In this document: positions 11,601 through 26,752 of the stretch, piece after piece
Layout: each line of letters begins with the position of its first letter
How positions within the stretch are numbered: the first letter of the stretch is position 1
Origin: Auanema rhodensis
Taxonomy: Eukaryota > Animalia > Nematoda
Assembly: GCA_964057225.1 (NCBI GenBank)
Contig: CAXKVF010000077.1
Location: 558,001 to 622,000 of the forward strand
DNA length: 64,000 nucleotides
Direction of reading: 5' to 3'
Notes under the pieces: generated by a model
The model's input: only the letters and a program-made list of their open reading frames with translations
Database searches by the model: none
What the model was told of the DNA's origin: nothing
Translations under genes and position numbers: made by a program

Positions 11601-14600
11601 ACGTGAAGCGAGTTACATACCAAGTGCACATCACGTGTACATTTAATTAGCATAAATTAAAGTTCACGTAAATTTCAAAGTCATGGTTACCATGCACCAA
11701 TATCAATAAAAATTTGTTTTTAGACTAATATGGACATGGGGAATCTAATTTTGAAAACCGCATCTCTTTTTCTTTCACGTGAAGCGAGTTACATACCAAG
11801 TGCACATCACGTGTACATTTAATTAGCATAAATTAAAGTTCACGTAAATTTCAAAGTCATGGTTACCATGCACCAATATCAATAAAAATTTGTTTTTAGA
11901 CTAATATGGACATGGGGAATCTAATTTTGAAAACCGCATCTCTTTATCTTTCACGTGAAGCGAGTTACATACCAAGTGCACATCACGTGTACATTTAATT
12001 AGCATAAATTAAAGTTCACGTAAATTTCAAAGTCATGGTTACCATGAAGCAATATCAATAAAAATTTGTTTTTAGACTAATATGGACATGGGGAATCTAA
12101 TTTTGAAAACCACATCTCTTTATCTTTCACGTGAAGCGAGTTACATACCAAGTGCACATCACGTGTACATTTAATTAGCATAAATTAAAGTTCACGTAAA
12201 TTTCAAAGTCATGGTTACCATGAACCAATATCAATAAAAATTTGTTTTTAGACTAATATGGACATGGGGAATCTAATTTTGAAAACCACATCTCTTTATC
12301 TTTCACGTGAAGCGAGTTACATACCAAGTGCACATCACGTGTACATTTAATTAGCATAAATTAAAGTTCACGTAAATTTCAAAGTCATGGTTACCATGAA
12401 CTAATATCAATAAAAATTTGTTTTTAGACTAATATGGACATGGGGAATCTAATTTTGAAAACCGCATCTCTTTATCTTTCACGTGAAGCGAGTTACATAC
12501 CAAGTGCACATCACGTGTACATTTAATTAGCATAAATTAAAGTTCACGTAAATTTCAAAGTCATGGTTACCATGAACCAATATCAATAAAAATTTGTTTT
12601 TAGACTAATATGGACATGGGGAATCTAATTTTGAAAACCGCATCTCTTTATCTTTCACGTGAAGCGAGTTACATACCAAGTGCACATCACGTGTACATTT
12701 AATTAGCATAAATTAAAGTTCACGTAAATTTCAAAGTCATGGTTACCATGAACCAATATCAATAAAAATTTGTTTTTAGACTAATATGGACATGGGGAAT
12801 CTAATTTTGAAAACCGCATCTCTTTATCTTTCACGTGAAGCGAGTTACATACCAAGTGCACATCACGTGTACATTTAATTAGCATAAATTAAAGTTCACG
12901 TAAATTTCAAAGTCATGGTTACCATGCACCAATATCAATAAAAATTTGTTTTTAGACTAATATGGACATGGGGAATCTAATTTTGAAAACCGCATCTCTT
13001 TATCTTTCACGTGAAGCGAGTTACATACCAAGTGCACATCACGTGTACATTTAATTAGCATAAATTAAAGTTCACGTAAATTTCAAAGTCATGGTTACCA
13101 TGAACCAATATCAATAAAAATTTGTTTTTAGACTAATATGGACATGAGGAATCTAATTTTGAAAACCGCATCTCTTCATCTTTCACGTGAAGCAAGTTAC
13201 ATACCAAGTGCACATCACGTGTACATTTAATTAGCATAAATTAAAGTTCACGTAAATTTCAAAGTCATGGTTACCATGAACCAATATCAATAAAAATTTG
13301 TTTTTAGACTAATATGGACATGGGGAATCTAATTTTGAAAACCGCATCTCTTTATCTTTCACGTGAAGCGAGTTACATACCAAGTGCACATCACGTGTAC
13401 ATTTAATTAGCATAAATTAAAGTTCACGTAAATTTCAAAGTCATGGTTACCATGAACCAATATCAATAAAAATTTGTTTTTAGACTAATATGGACATGGG
13501 GAATCTAATTTTGAAAACCGCATCTCTTTATCTTTCACGTGAAGCGAGTTACATTTCAAGTGCACATCACGTGTACATTTAATTAACATAAATTGAAGTT
13601 CACGTAAATTTCAAAGTCATGGTTACCATGCACCAATATCAATAAAAATTTGTTTTTAGACTAATATGGACATGGGGAATCTAATTTTGAAAACCGCATC
13701 TCTTTATCTTTCACGTGAAGCGAGTTACATACCAAGTGCACATCACGTGTACATTTAATTAGCATAAATTAAAGTTCACGTAAATTTCAAAGTCATGGTT
13801 ACCATGAACCAATATCAATAAAAATTTGTTTTTAGACTAATATGGACATGGGGAATCTAATTTTGAAAACCGCATCTCTTTATCTTTCACGTGAAGCGAG
13901 TTACATACCAAGTGCACATCACGTGTACATTTAATTAGCATAAATTAAAGTTCACGTAAATTTCAAAGTCATGGTTACCATGAACTAATATCAATAAAAA
14001 TTTGTTTTTAGACTAATATGGACATGGGGAATCTAATTTTGAAAACCGCATCTCTTTATCTTTCACGTGAAGCGAGTTACATACCAAGTGCACATCACGT
14101 GTACATTTAATTAGCATAAATTAAAGTTCACGTAAATTTCAAAGTCATGGTTACCATGAAGCAATATCAATAAAAATTTGTTTTTAGACTAATATGGACA
14201 TGGGGAATCTAATTTTGAAAACCGCATCTCTTTATCTTTCACGTGAAGCGAGTTACATACCAAGTGCACATCACGTGTACATTTAATTAGCATAAATTAA
14301 AGTTCACGTAAATTTCAAAGTCATGGTTACCATGAAGCAATATCAATAAAAATTTGTTTTTAGACTAATATGGACATGGGGAATCTAATTTTGAAAACCG
14401 CATCTCTTTATCTTTCACGTGAAGCGAGTTACATACCAAGTGCACATCACGTGTACATTTAATTAGCATAAATTAAAGTTCACGTAAATTTCAAAGTCAT
14501 GGTTACCATGAACTAATATCAATAAAAATTTGTTTTTAGACTAATATGGACATGGGGAATCTAATTTTGAAAACCGCATCTCTTTATCTTTCACGTGAAG

Positions 14601-17600
14601 CGAGTTACATACCAAGTGCACATCACGTGTACATTTAATTAGCATAAATTAAAGTTCACGTAAATTTCAAAGTCATGGTTACCATGAACTAATATCAATA
14701 AAAATTTGTTTTTAGACTAATATGGACATGGGGAATCTAATTTTGAAAACCGCATCTCTTTATCTTTCACGTGAAGCGAGTTACATACCAAGTGCACATC
14801 ACGTGTACATTTAATTAGCATAAATTAAAGTTCACGTAAATTTCAAAGTCATGGTTACCATGAACCAATATCAATAAAAATTTGTTTTTAGACTAATATG
14901 GACATGGGGAATCTAATTTTGAAAACCGCATCTCTTTATCTTTCACGTGAAGCGAGTTACATACCAAGTGCACATCACGTGTACATTTAATTAGCATAAA
15001 TTAAAGTTCACGTAAATTTCAAAGTCATGGTTACCATGAACCAATATCAATAAAAATTTGTTTTTAGACTAATATGGACATGGGGAATCTAATTTTGAAA
15101 ACCGCATCTCTTTATCTTTCACGTGAAGCGAGTTACATACCAAGTGCACATCACGTGTACATTTAATTAGCATAAATTAAAGTTCACGTAAATTTCAAAG
15201 TCATGGTTACCATAAACTAATATCAATAAAAATTTGTTTTTAGACTAATATGGACATGGGGAATCTAATTTTGAAAACCGCATCTCTTTATCTTTCACGT
15301 GAAGCGAGTTACATACCAAGTGCACATCACGTGTACATTTAATTAGCATAAATTAAAGTTCACGTAAATTTCAAAGTCATGGTTACCATGAAGCAATATC
15401 AATAAAAATTTGTTTTTAGACTAATATGGACATGGGGAATCTAATTTTGAAAACCGCATCTCTTTATCTTTCACGTGAAGCGAGTTACATAGCAAGTGCA
15501 CATCACGTGTACATTTAATTAGCATAAATTAAAGTTCACGTAAATTTCAAAGTCATGGTTACCATGAAGCAATATCAATAAAAATTTGTTTTTAGACTAA
15601 TATGGACATGGGGAATCTAATTTTGAAAACCGCATCTCTTTATCTTTCACGTGAAGCGAGTTACATACCAAGTGCACATCACGTGTACATTTAATTAGCA
15701 TAAATTAAAGTTCACGTAAATTTCAAAGTCATGGTTACCATGAAGCAATATCAATAAAAATTTGTTTTTAGACTAATATGGACATGGGGAATCTAATTTT
15801 GAAAACCGCATCTCTTTATCTTTCACGTGAAGCGAGTTACATACCAAGTGCACATCACGTGTACATTTAATTAGCATAAATTAAAGTTCACGTAAATTTC
15901 AAAGTCATGGTTACCATGAACTAATATCAGTAAAAATTTGTTTTTAGACTAATATGGACATGGGGAATCTAATTTTGAAAACCGCATCTCTTTATCTTTC
16001 ACGTGAAGCGAGTTACATACCAAGTGCACATCACGTGTACATTTAATTAGCATAAATTAAAGTTCACGTAAATTTCAAAGTCATGGTTACCATGAACCAA
16101 TATCAATAAAAATTTGTTTTTAGACTAATATGGACATGGGGAATCTAATTTTGAAAACCGCATCTCTTTATCTTTCACGTGAAGCGAGTTACATACCAAG
16201 TGCACATCACGTGTACATTTAATTAGCATAAATTAAAGTTCACGTAAATTTCAAAGTCATGGTTACCATGAACTAATATCAATAAAAATTTGTTTTTAGA
16301 CTAATATGGACATGGGGAATCTAATTTTGAAAACTGCATCTCTTTATCTTTCACGTGAAGCGAGTTACATACCAAGTGCACATCACGTGTACAATTAATT
16401 AGCATAAATTAAAGTTCACGTAAATTTCAAAGTCATGGTTACCATGAAGCAATATCAATAAAAATTTGTTTCTAGACTAATATGGACATGGGGAATCTAA
16501 TTTTGAAAACCGCATCTCTTTATCTTTCACGTGAAGCGAGTTACATACCAAGTGCACATCACGTGTACATTTAATTAGCATAAATTAAAGTTCACGTAAA
16601 TTTCAAAGTCATGGTTACCATGAAGCAATATCAATAAAAATTTGTTTTTAGACTAATATGGACATGGGGAATCTAATTTTGAAAACCACATCTCTTTATC
16701 TTTCACGTGAAGCGAGTTACATACCAAGTGCACATCACGTGTACAATTAATTAGCATAAATTAAAGTTCACGTAAATTTCAAAGTCATGGTTACCATGAA
16801 CCAATATCAATAAAAATTTGTTTTTAGACTAATATGTACATGGGGAATCTAATTTTGAAAACCGCATCTCTTTATCTTTCACGTGAAGCGAGTTACATAC
16901 CAAGTGCACATCACGTGTACATTTAATTAGCATAAATTAAAGTTCACGTAAATTTCAAAGTCATGGTTACCATGCACCAATATCAATAAAAATCTGTTTT
17001 TAGACTAATATGGACATGGGGAATCTAATTTTGAAAACCGCATCTCTTTATCTTTCACGTGAAGCGAGTTACATACCAAGTGCACATCACGTGTACATTT
17101 AATTAGCATAAATTAAAGTTCACGTAAATTTCAAAGTCATGGTTACCATGAACCAATATCAATAAAAATTTGTTTTTAGACTAATATGGACATGGGGAAT
17201 CTAATTTTGAAAACCGCATCTCTTTATCTTTCACGTGAAGCGAGTTACATACCAAGTGCACATCACGTGTACATTTAATTAGCATAAATTAAAGTTCACG
17301 TAAATTTCAAAGTCATGGTTACCATGCACCAATATCAATAAAAATTTGTTTTTAGACTAATATGAACATGGGGAATCTAATTTTGAAAACCGCATCTCTT
17401 TATCTTTCACGTGAAGCGAGTTACATACCAAGTGCACATCACGTGTACATTTAATTAGCATAAATTAAAGTTCACGTAAATTTCAAAGTCATGGTTACCA
17501 TGAAGCAATATCAATAAAAATTTGTTTTTAGACTAATATGGACATGGGGAATCTAATTTTGAAAACCACATCTCTTTATCTCTCACGTGAAGCGAGTTAC

Positions 17601-20600
17601 ATACCAAGTGCACATCACGTGTACATTTAATTAGCATAAATTAAAGTTCACGTAAATTTCAAAGTCATGGTTACCATGAACCAATATCAATAAAAATTTG
17701 TTTTTAGACTAATATGGACATGGGGAATCTAATTTTGAAAACCGCATCTCTTTATCTTTCACGTGAAGCGAGTTACATACCAAGTGCACATCACGTGTAC
17801 ATTTAATTAGCATAAATTAAAGTTCACGTAAATTTCAAAGTCATGGTTACCATGAACTAATATCAATAAAAATTTGTTTTTAGACTAATATGGACATGGG
17901 GAATCTAATTTTGAAAACCGCATCTCTTTATCTTTCACGTGAAGCGAGTTACATACCAAGTGCACATCACGTGTACATTTAATTAGCATAAATTAAAGTT
18001 CACGTAAATTTCAAAGTCATGGTTACCATGAACCAATATCAATAAAAATTTGTTTTTAGACTAATATGGACATGGGGAATCTAATTTTGAAAACCACATC
18101 TCTTTATCTCTCACGTGAAGCGAGTTACATACCAAGTGCACATCACGTGTACATTTAATTAGCATAAATTAAAGTTCACGTAAATTTCAAAGTCATGGTT
18201 ACCATGAACCAATATCAATAAAAATTTGTTTTTAGACTAATATGGACATGGGGAATCTAATTTTGAAAACCGCATCTCTTTATCTTTCACGTGAAGCGAG
18301 TTACATACCAAGTGCACATCACGTGTACATTTAATTAGCATAAATTAAAGTTCACGTAAATTTCAAAGTCATGGTTACCATGAACTAATATCAATAAAAA
18401 TTTGTTTTTAGACTAATATGGACATGGGGAATCTAATTTTGAAAACCGCATCTCTTTATCTTTCACGTGAAGCGAGTTACATACCAAGTGCACATCACGT
18501 GTACATTTAATTAGCATAAATTAAAGTTCACGTAAATTTCAAAGTCATGGTTACCATGAACCAATATCAATAAAAATTTGTTTTTAGACTAATATGGACA
18601 TGGGGAATCTAATTTTGAAAACCGCATCTCTTTATCTTTCACGTGAAGCGAGTTACATACCAAGTGCACATCACGTGTACATTTAATTAGCATAATTTAA
18701 AGTTCACGTAAATTTCAAAGTCATGGTTACCATGCACCAATATCAATAAAAATTTGTTTTTAGACTAATATGAACATGGGGAATCTAATTTTGAAAACCG
18801 CATCTCTTTATCTTTCACGTGAAGCGAGTTACATACCAAGTGCACATCACGTGTACATTTAATTAGCATAAATTAAAGTTCACGTAAATTTCAAAGTCAT
18901 GGTTACCATGAACCAATATCAATAAAAATTTGTTTTTAGACTAATATGGACATGGGGAATCTAATTTTGAAAACCGCATCTCTATATCTTTCACGTGAAG
19001 CGAGTTACATACCAAGTGCACATCACGTGTACATTTAATTAGCATAAATTAAAGTTCACGTAAATTTCAAAGTCATGGTTACCATGCACCAATATCAATA
19101 AAAATTTGTTTTTAGACTAATATGGACATGGGGAATCTAATTTTGAAAACCGCATCTCTTTATCTTTCACGTGAAGCGAGTTACATACCAAGTGCACATC
19201 ACGTGTACATTTAATTAGCATAAATTAAAGTTCACGTAAATTTCAAAGTCATGGTTACCATGAACCAATATCAATAAAAATTTGTTTTTAGACTAATATG
19301 GACATGAGGAATCTAATTTTGAAAACCGCATCTCTTTATCTTTCACGTGAAGCGAGTTACATACCAAGTGCACATCACGTGTACATTTAATTAGCATAAA
19401 TTAAAGTTCACGTAAATTTCAAAGTCATGGTTACCATGAACCAATATCAATAAAAATTTGTTTTTAGACTAATATGGACATGGGGAATCTAATTTTGAAA
19501 ACCGCATCTCTTTATCTTTCACGTGAAGCGAGTTACATACCAAGTGCACATCACGTGTACATTTAATTAGCATAAATTAAAGTTCACGTAAATTTCAAAG
19601 TCATGGTTACCATGAACCAATATCAATAAAAATTTGTTTTTAGACTAATATGGACATGGGGAATCTAATTTTGAAAACCGCATCTCTTTATCTTTCACGT
19701 GAAGCGAGTTACATACCAAGTGCACATCACGTGTACATTTAATTAGCATAAATTAAAGTTCACGTAAATTTCAAAGTCATGGTTACCATGAACCAATATC
19801 AATAAAAATTTGTTTTTAGACTAATATGGACATGGGGAATCTAATTTTGAAAACCGCATCTCTTTATCTTTCACGTGAAGCGAGTTACATACCAAGTGCA
19901 CATCACGTGTACATTTAATTAGCATAAATTAAAGTTCACGTAAACTTCAAAGTCATGGTTACCATGCACCAATATCAATAAAAATTTGTTTTTAGACTAA
20001 TATGGACATGGGGAATCTAATTTTGAAAACCGCATCTCTTTATCTTTCACGTGAAGCGAGTTACATACCAAGTGCACATCACGTGTACATTTAATTAGCA
20101 TAAATTAAAGTTCACGTAAATTTCAAAGTCATGGTTACCATGAACTAATATCAATAAAAATTTGTGTTAAGACTAATATGGACATGGGGAATCTAATTTT
20201 GAAAACCGCATCTCTTTATCTTTCACGTGAAGCGAGTTACATACCAAGTGCACATCACGTGTACATTTAATTAGCATAATTTAAAGTTCACGTAAATTTC
20301 AAAGTCATGGTTACCATGCACCAATATCAATAAAAATTTGTTTTTAGACTAATATGAACATGGGGAATCTAATTTTGAAAACCGCATCTCTTTATCTTTC
20401 ACGTGAAGCGAGTTACATACCAAGTGCACATCACGTGTACATTTAATTAGCATAAATTAAAGTTCACGTAAATTTCAAAGTCATGGTTACCATGCACCAA
20501 TATCAATAAAAATTTGTTTTTAGACTAATATGGACATGGGGAATCTAATTTTGGAAACCGCATCTCTTTATCTTTCACGTGAAGCGAGTTACATACCAAG

Positions 20601-21120
20601 TGCACATCACGTGTACAATTAATTAGCATAAATTAAAGTTCACGTAAATTTCAAAGTCATGGTTACCATGAAGCAATATCAATAAAAATTTGTTTTTAGA
20701 CTAATATGGACATGGGGAATCTAATTTTGAAAACCGCATCTCTTTATCTTTCACGTGAAGCGAGTTACATACCAAGTGCACATCACGTGTACATTTAATT
20801 AGCATAAATTAAAGTTCACGTAAACTTCAAAGTCATGGTTACCATGCACCAATATCAATAAAAATTTGTTTTTAGACTAATATGGACATGGGGAATCTAA
20901 TTTTGAAAACCGCATCTCTTTATCTTTCACGTGAAGCGAGTTACATACCAAGTGCACATCACGTGTACATTTAATTAGCATAAATTAAAGTTCACGTAAA
21001 TTTCAAAGTCATGGTTACCATGAAGCAATATCAATAAAAATTTGTTTTTAGACTAATATGGACATGGGGAATCTAATATTGAAAACCACATCTCTTTATC
21101 TTTCACGTGAAGCGAGTTAC

Positions 21121-24100
21121 ATACCAAGTGCACATCACGTGTACATTTAATTAGCATAAATTAAAGTTCACGTAAATTTCAAAGTCATGGTTACCATGAA
21201 CCAATATCAATAAAAATTTGTTTTTAGACTAATATGGACATGGGGAATCTAATTTTGAAAACCGCATCTCTTTATCTTTCACGTGAAGCGAGTTACATAC
21301 CAAGTGCACATCACGTGTACATTTAATTAGCATAAATTAAAGTTCACGTAAATTTCAAAGTCATGGTTACCATGAACTAATATCAATAAAAATTTGTTTT
21401 TAGACTAATATGGACATGGGGAATCTAATTTTGAAAACCGCATCTCTTTATCTTTCACGTGAAGCGAGTTACATACCAAGTGCACATCACGTGTACATTT
21501 AATTAGCATAAATTAAAGTTCACGTAAATTTCAAAGTCATGGTTACCATGAACCAATATCAATGAAAATTTGTTTTTAGACTAATATGGACATGGGGAAT
21601 CTAATTTTGAAAACCGCATCTCTTTATCTTTCACGTGAAGCGAGTTACATACCAAGTGCACATCACGTGTACATTTAATTAGCATAAATTAAAGTTCACG
21701 TAAATTTCAAAGTCATGGTTACCATGAACCAATATCAATAAAAATTTGTTTTTAGACTAATATGGACATGAGGAATCTAATTTTGAAAACCGCATCTCTT
21801 TATCTTTCACGTGAAGCGAGTTACATACCAAGTGCACATCACGTGTACATTTAATTAGCATAATTTAAAGTTCACGTAAATTTCAAAGTCATGGTTACCA
21901 TGCACCAATATCAATAAAAATTTGTTTTTAGACTAATATGAACATGGGGAATCTAATTTTGAAAACCACATCTCTTTATCTTTCACGTGAAGCGAGTTAC
22001 ATACCAAGTGCACATCACGTGTACATTTAATTAGCATAAATTAAAGTTCACGTAAATTTCAAAGTCATGGTTACCATGCACCAATATCAATAAAAATTTG
22101 TTTTTAGACTAATATGGACATGGGGAATCTAATTTTGAAAACCGCATCTCTTTATCTTTCACGTGAAGCGAGTTACATACCAAGTGCACATCACGTGTAC
22201 ATTTAATTAGCATAAATTAAAGTTCACGTAAACTTCAAAGTCATGGTTACCATGCACCAATATCAATAAAAATTTGTTTTTAGACTAATATGGACATGGG
22301 GAATCTAATTTTGAAAACCGCATCTCTTTATCTTTCACGTGAAGCGAGTTACATACCAAGTGCACATCACGTGTACATTTAATTAGCATAAATTAAAGTT
22401 CACGTAAACTTCAAAGTCATGGTTACCATGCACCAATATCAATAAAAATTTGTTTTTAGACTAATATGGACATGGGGAATCTAATTTTGAAAACCGCATC
22501 TCTTTATCTTTCACGTGAAGCGAGTTACATACCAAGTGCACATCACGTGTACAATTAATTAGCATAAATTAAAGTTCACGTAAATTTCAAAGTCATGGTT
22601 ACCATGAAGCAATATCAATAAAAATTTGTTTCTAGACTAATATGGACATGGGGAATCTAATTTTGAAAACCGCATCTCTTTATCTTTCACGTGAAGCGAG
22701 TTACATACCAAGTGCACATCACGTGTACATTTAATTAGCATAAATTAAAGTTCACGTAAATTTCAAAGTCATGGTTACCATGAACTAATATCAATAAAAA
22801 TTTGTTTTTAGACTAATATGGACATGGGGAATCTAATTTTGAAAACCGCATCTCTTTATCTTTCACGTGAAGCGAGTTACATACCAAGTGCACATCACGT
22901 GTACATTTAATTAGCATAAATTAAAGTTCACGTAAATTTCAAAGTCATGGTTACCATGAACCAATATCAATAAAAATTTGTTTTTAGACTAATATGGACA
23001 TGGGGAATCTAATTTTGAAAACCGCATCTCTTTATCTTTCACGTGAAGCGAGTTACATACCAAGTGCACATCACGTGTACATTTAATTAGCATAAATTAA
23101 AGTTCACGTAAATTTCAAAGTCATGGTTACCATGAACTAATATCAATAAAAATTTGTTTTTAGACTAATATGGACATGGGGAATTTAATTTTGAAAACCG
23201 CATCTCTTTATCTTTCACGTGAAGCGAGTTACATACCAAGTGCACATCACGTGTACAATTAATTAGCATAAATTAAAGTTCACGTAAATTTCAAAGTCAT
23301 GGTTACCATGAAGCAATATCAATAAAAATTTGTTTTTAGACTAATATGGACATGGGGAATCTAATTTTGAAAACCGCATCTCTTTATCTTTCACGTGAAG
23401 CGAGTTACATACCAAGTGCACATCACGTGTACATTTAATTAGCATAAATTAAAGTTCACGTAAATTTCAAAGTCATGGTTACCATGAACTAATATCAATA
23501 AAAATTTGTTTTTAGACTAATATGGACATGGGGAATCTAATTTTGAAAACCGCATCTCTTTATCTTTCACGTGAAGCGAGTTACATACCAAGTGCACATC
23601 ACGTGTACATTTAATTAGCATAAATTAAAGTTCACGTAAATTTCAAAGTCATGGTTACCATGAAGCAATATCAATAAAAATTTGTTTTTAGACTAATATG
23701 GACATGGGGAATCTAATTTTGAAAACCACATCTCTTTATCTTTCACGTGAAGCGAGTTACATACCAAGTGCACATCACGTGTACATTTAATTAGCATAAA
23801 TTAAAGTTCACGTAAATTTCAAAGTCATGGTTACCATGAACCAATATCAATAAAAATTTGTTTTTAGACTAATATGGACATGGGGAATCTAATTTTGAAA
23901 ACCACATCTCTTTATCTTTCACGTGAAGCGAGTTACATACCAAGTGCACATCACGTGTACATTTAATTAGCATAAATTAAAGTTCACGTAAATTTCAAAG
24001 TCATGGTTACCATGAACCAATATCAATAAAAATTTGTTTTTAGACTAATATGGACATGGGGAATCTAATTTTGAAAACCGCATCTCTTTATCTTTCACGT

Positions 24101-26752
24101 GAAGCGAGTTACATACCAAGTGCACATCACGTGTACATTTAATTAGCATAAATTAAAGTTCACGTAAATTTCAAAGTCATGGTTACCATGAACTAATATC
24201 AATAAAAATTTGTTTTTAGACTAATATGGACATGGGGAATCTAATTTTGAAAACCGCATCTCTTTATCTTTCACGTGAAGCGAGTTACATACCAAGTGCA
24301 CATCACGTGTACATTTAATTAGCATAAATTAAAGTTCACGTAAATTTCAAAGTCATGGTTACCATGAACCAATATCAATGAAAATTTGTTTTTAGACTAA
24401 TATGGACATGGGGAATCTAATTTTGAAAACCGCATCTCTTTATCTTTCACGTGAAGCGAGTTACATACCAAGTGCACATCACGTGTACATTTAATTAGCA
24501 TAAATTAAAGTTCACGTAAATTTCAAAGTCATGGTTACCATGAACCAATATCAATAAAAATTTGTTTTTAGACTAATATGGACATGAGGAATCTAATTTT
24601 GAAAACCGCATCTCTTTATCTTTCACGTGAAGCGAGTTACATACCAAGTGCACATCACGTGTACATTTAATTAGCATAATTTAAAGTTCACGTAAATTTC
24701 AAAGTCATGGTTACCATGCACCAATATCAATAAAAATTTGTTTTTAGACTAATATGAACATGGGGAATCTAATTTTGAAAACCGCATCTCTTTATCTTTC
24801 ACGTGAAGCGAGTTACATACCAAGTGCACATCACGTGTACATTTAATTAGCATAAATTAAAGTTCACGTAAATTTCAAAGTCATGGTTACCATGCACCAA
24901 TATCAATAAAAATTTGTTTTTAGACTAATATGGACATGGGGAATCTAATTTTGAAAACCGCATCTCTTTATCTTTCACGTGAAGCGAGTTACATACCAAG
25001 TGCACATCACGTGTACATTTAATTAGCATAAATTAAAGTTCACGTAAACTTCAAAGTCATGGTTACCATGCACCAATATCAATAAAAATTTGTTTTTAGA
25101 CTAATATGGACATGGGGAATCTAATTTTGAAAACCGCATCTCTTTATCTTTCACGTGAAGCGAGTTACATACCAAGTGCACATCACGTGTACATTTAATT
25201 AGCATAAATTAAAGTTCACGTAAACTTCAAAGTCATGGTTACCATGCACCAATATCAATAAAAATTTGTTTTTAGACTAATATGGACATGGGGAATCTAA
25301 TTTTGAAAACCGCATCTCTTTATCTTTCACGTGAAGCGAGTTACATACCAAGTGCACATCACGTGTACAATTAATTAGCATAAATTAAAGTTCACGTAAA
25401 TTTCAAAGTCATGGTTACCATGAAGCAATATCAATAAAAATTTGTTTCTAGACTAATATGGACATGGGGAATCTAATTTTGAAAACCGCATCTCTTTATC
25501 TTTCACGTGAAGCGAGTTACATACCAAGTGCACATCACGTGTACATTTAATTAGCATAAATTAAAGTTCACGTAAATTTCAAAGTCATGGTTACCATGAA
25601 CTAATATCAATAAAAATTTGTTTTTAGACTAATATGGACATGGGGAATCTAATTTTGAAAACCGCATCTCTTTATCTTTCACGTGAAGCGAGTTACATAC
25701 CAAGTGCACATCACGTGTACATTTAATTAGCATAAATTAAAGTTCACGTAAATTTCAAAGTCATGGTTACCATGAACCAATATCAATAAAAATTTGTTTT
25801 TAGACTAATATGGACATGGGGAATCTAATTTTGAAAACCGCATCTCTTTATCTTTCACGTGAAGCGAGTTACATACCAAGTGCACATCACGTGTACATTT
25901 AATTAGCATAAATTAAAGTTCACGTAAATTTCAAAGTCATGGTTACCATGAACTAATATCAATAAAAATTTGTTTTTAGACTAATATGGACATGGGGAAT
26001 TTAATTTTGAAAACCGCATCTCTTTATCTTTCACGTGAAGCGAGTTACATACCAAGTGCACATCACGTGTACAATTAATTAGCATAAATTAAAGTTCACG
26101 TAAATTTCAAAGTCATGGTTACCATGAAGCAATATCAATAAAAATTTGTTTTTAGACTAATATGGACATGGGGAATCTAATTTTGAAAACCGCATCTCTT
26201 TATCTTTCACGTGAAGCGAGTTACATACCAAGTGCACATCACGTGTACATTTAATTAGCATAAATTAAAGTTCACGTAAATTTCAAAGTCATGGTTACCA
26301 TGAACTAATATCAATAAAAATTTGTTTTTAGACTAATATGGACATGGGGAATCTAATTTTGAAAACCGCATCTCTTTATCTTTCACGTGAAGCGAGTTAC
26401 ATACCAAGTGCACATCACGTGTACATTTAATTAGCATAAATTAAAGTTCACGTAAATTTCAAAGTCATGGTTACCATGAAGCAATATCAATAAAAATTTG
26501 TTTTTAGACTAATATGGACATGGGGAATCTAATTTTGAAAACCACATCTCTTTATCTTTCACGTGAAGCGAGTTACATACCAAGTGCACATCACGTGTAC
26601 ATTTAATTAGCATAAATTAAAGTTCACGTAAATTTCAAAGTCATGGTTACCATGAACCAATATCAATAAAAATTTGTTTTTAGACTAATATGGACATGGG
26701 GAATCTAATTTTGAAAACCGCATCTCTTTATCTTTCACGTGAAGCGAGTTAC
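21121..26752. repeat. Tandem duplication of a 16-monomer (2816-bp) unit
   Basis: A92G at 21564/24380 and C129T at 23185/26001, with the same order of G123A, A40T+G117A, T57C, T57C and T104C monomers at a 2816-bp offset. Confidence 0.88.
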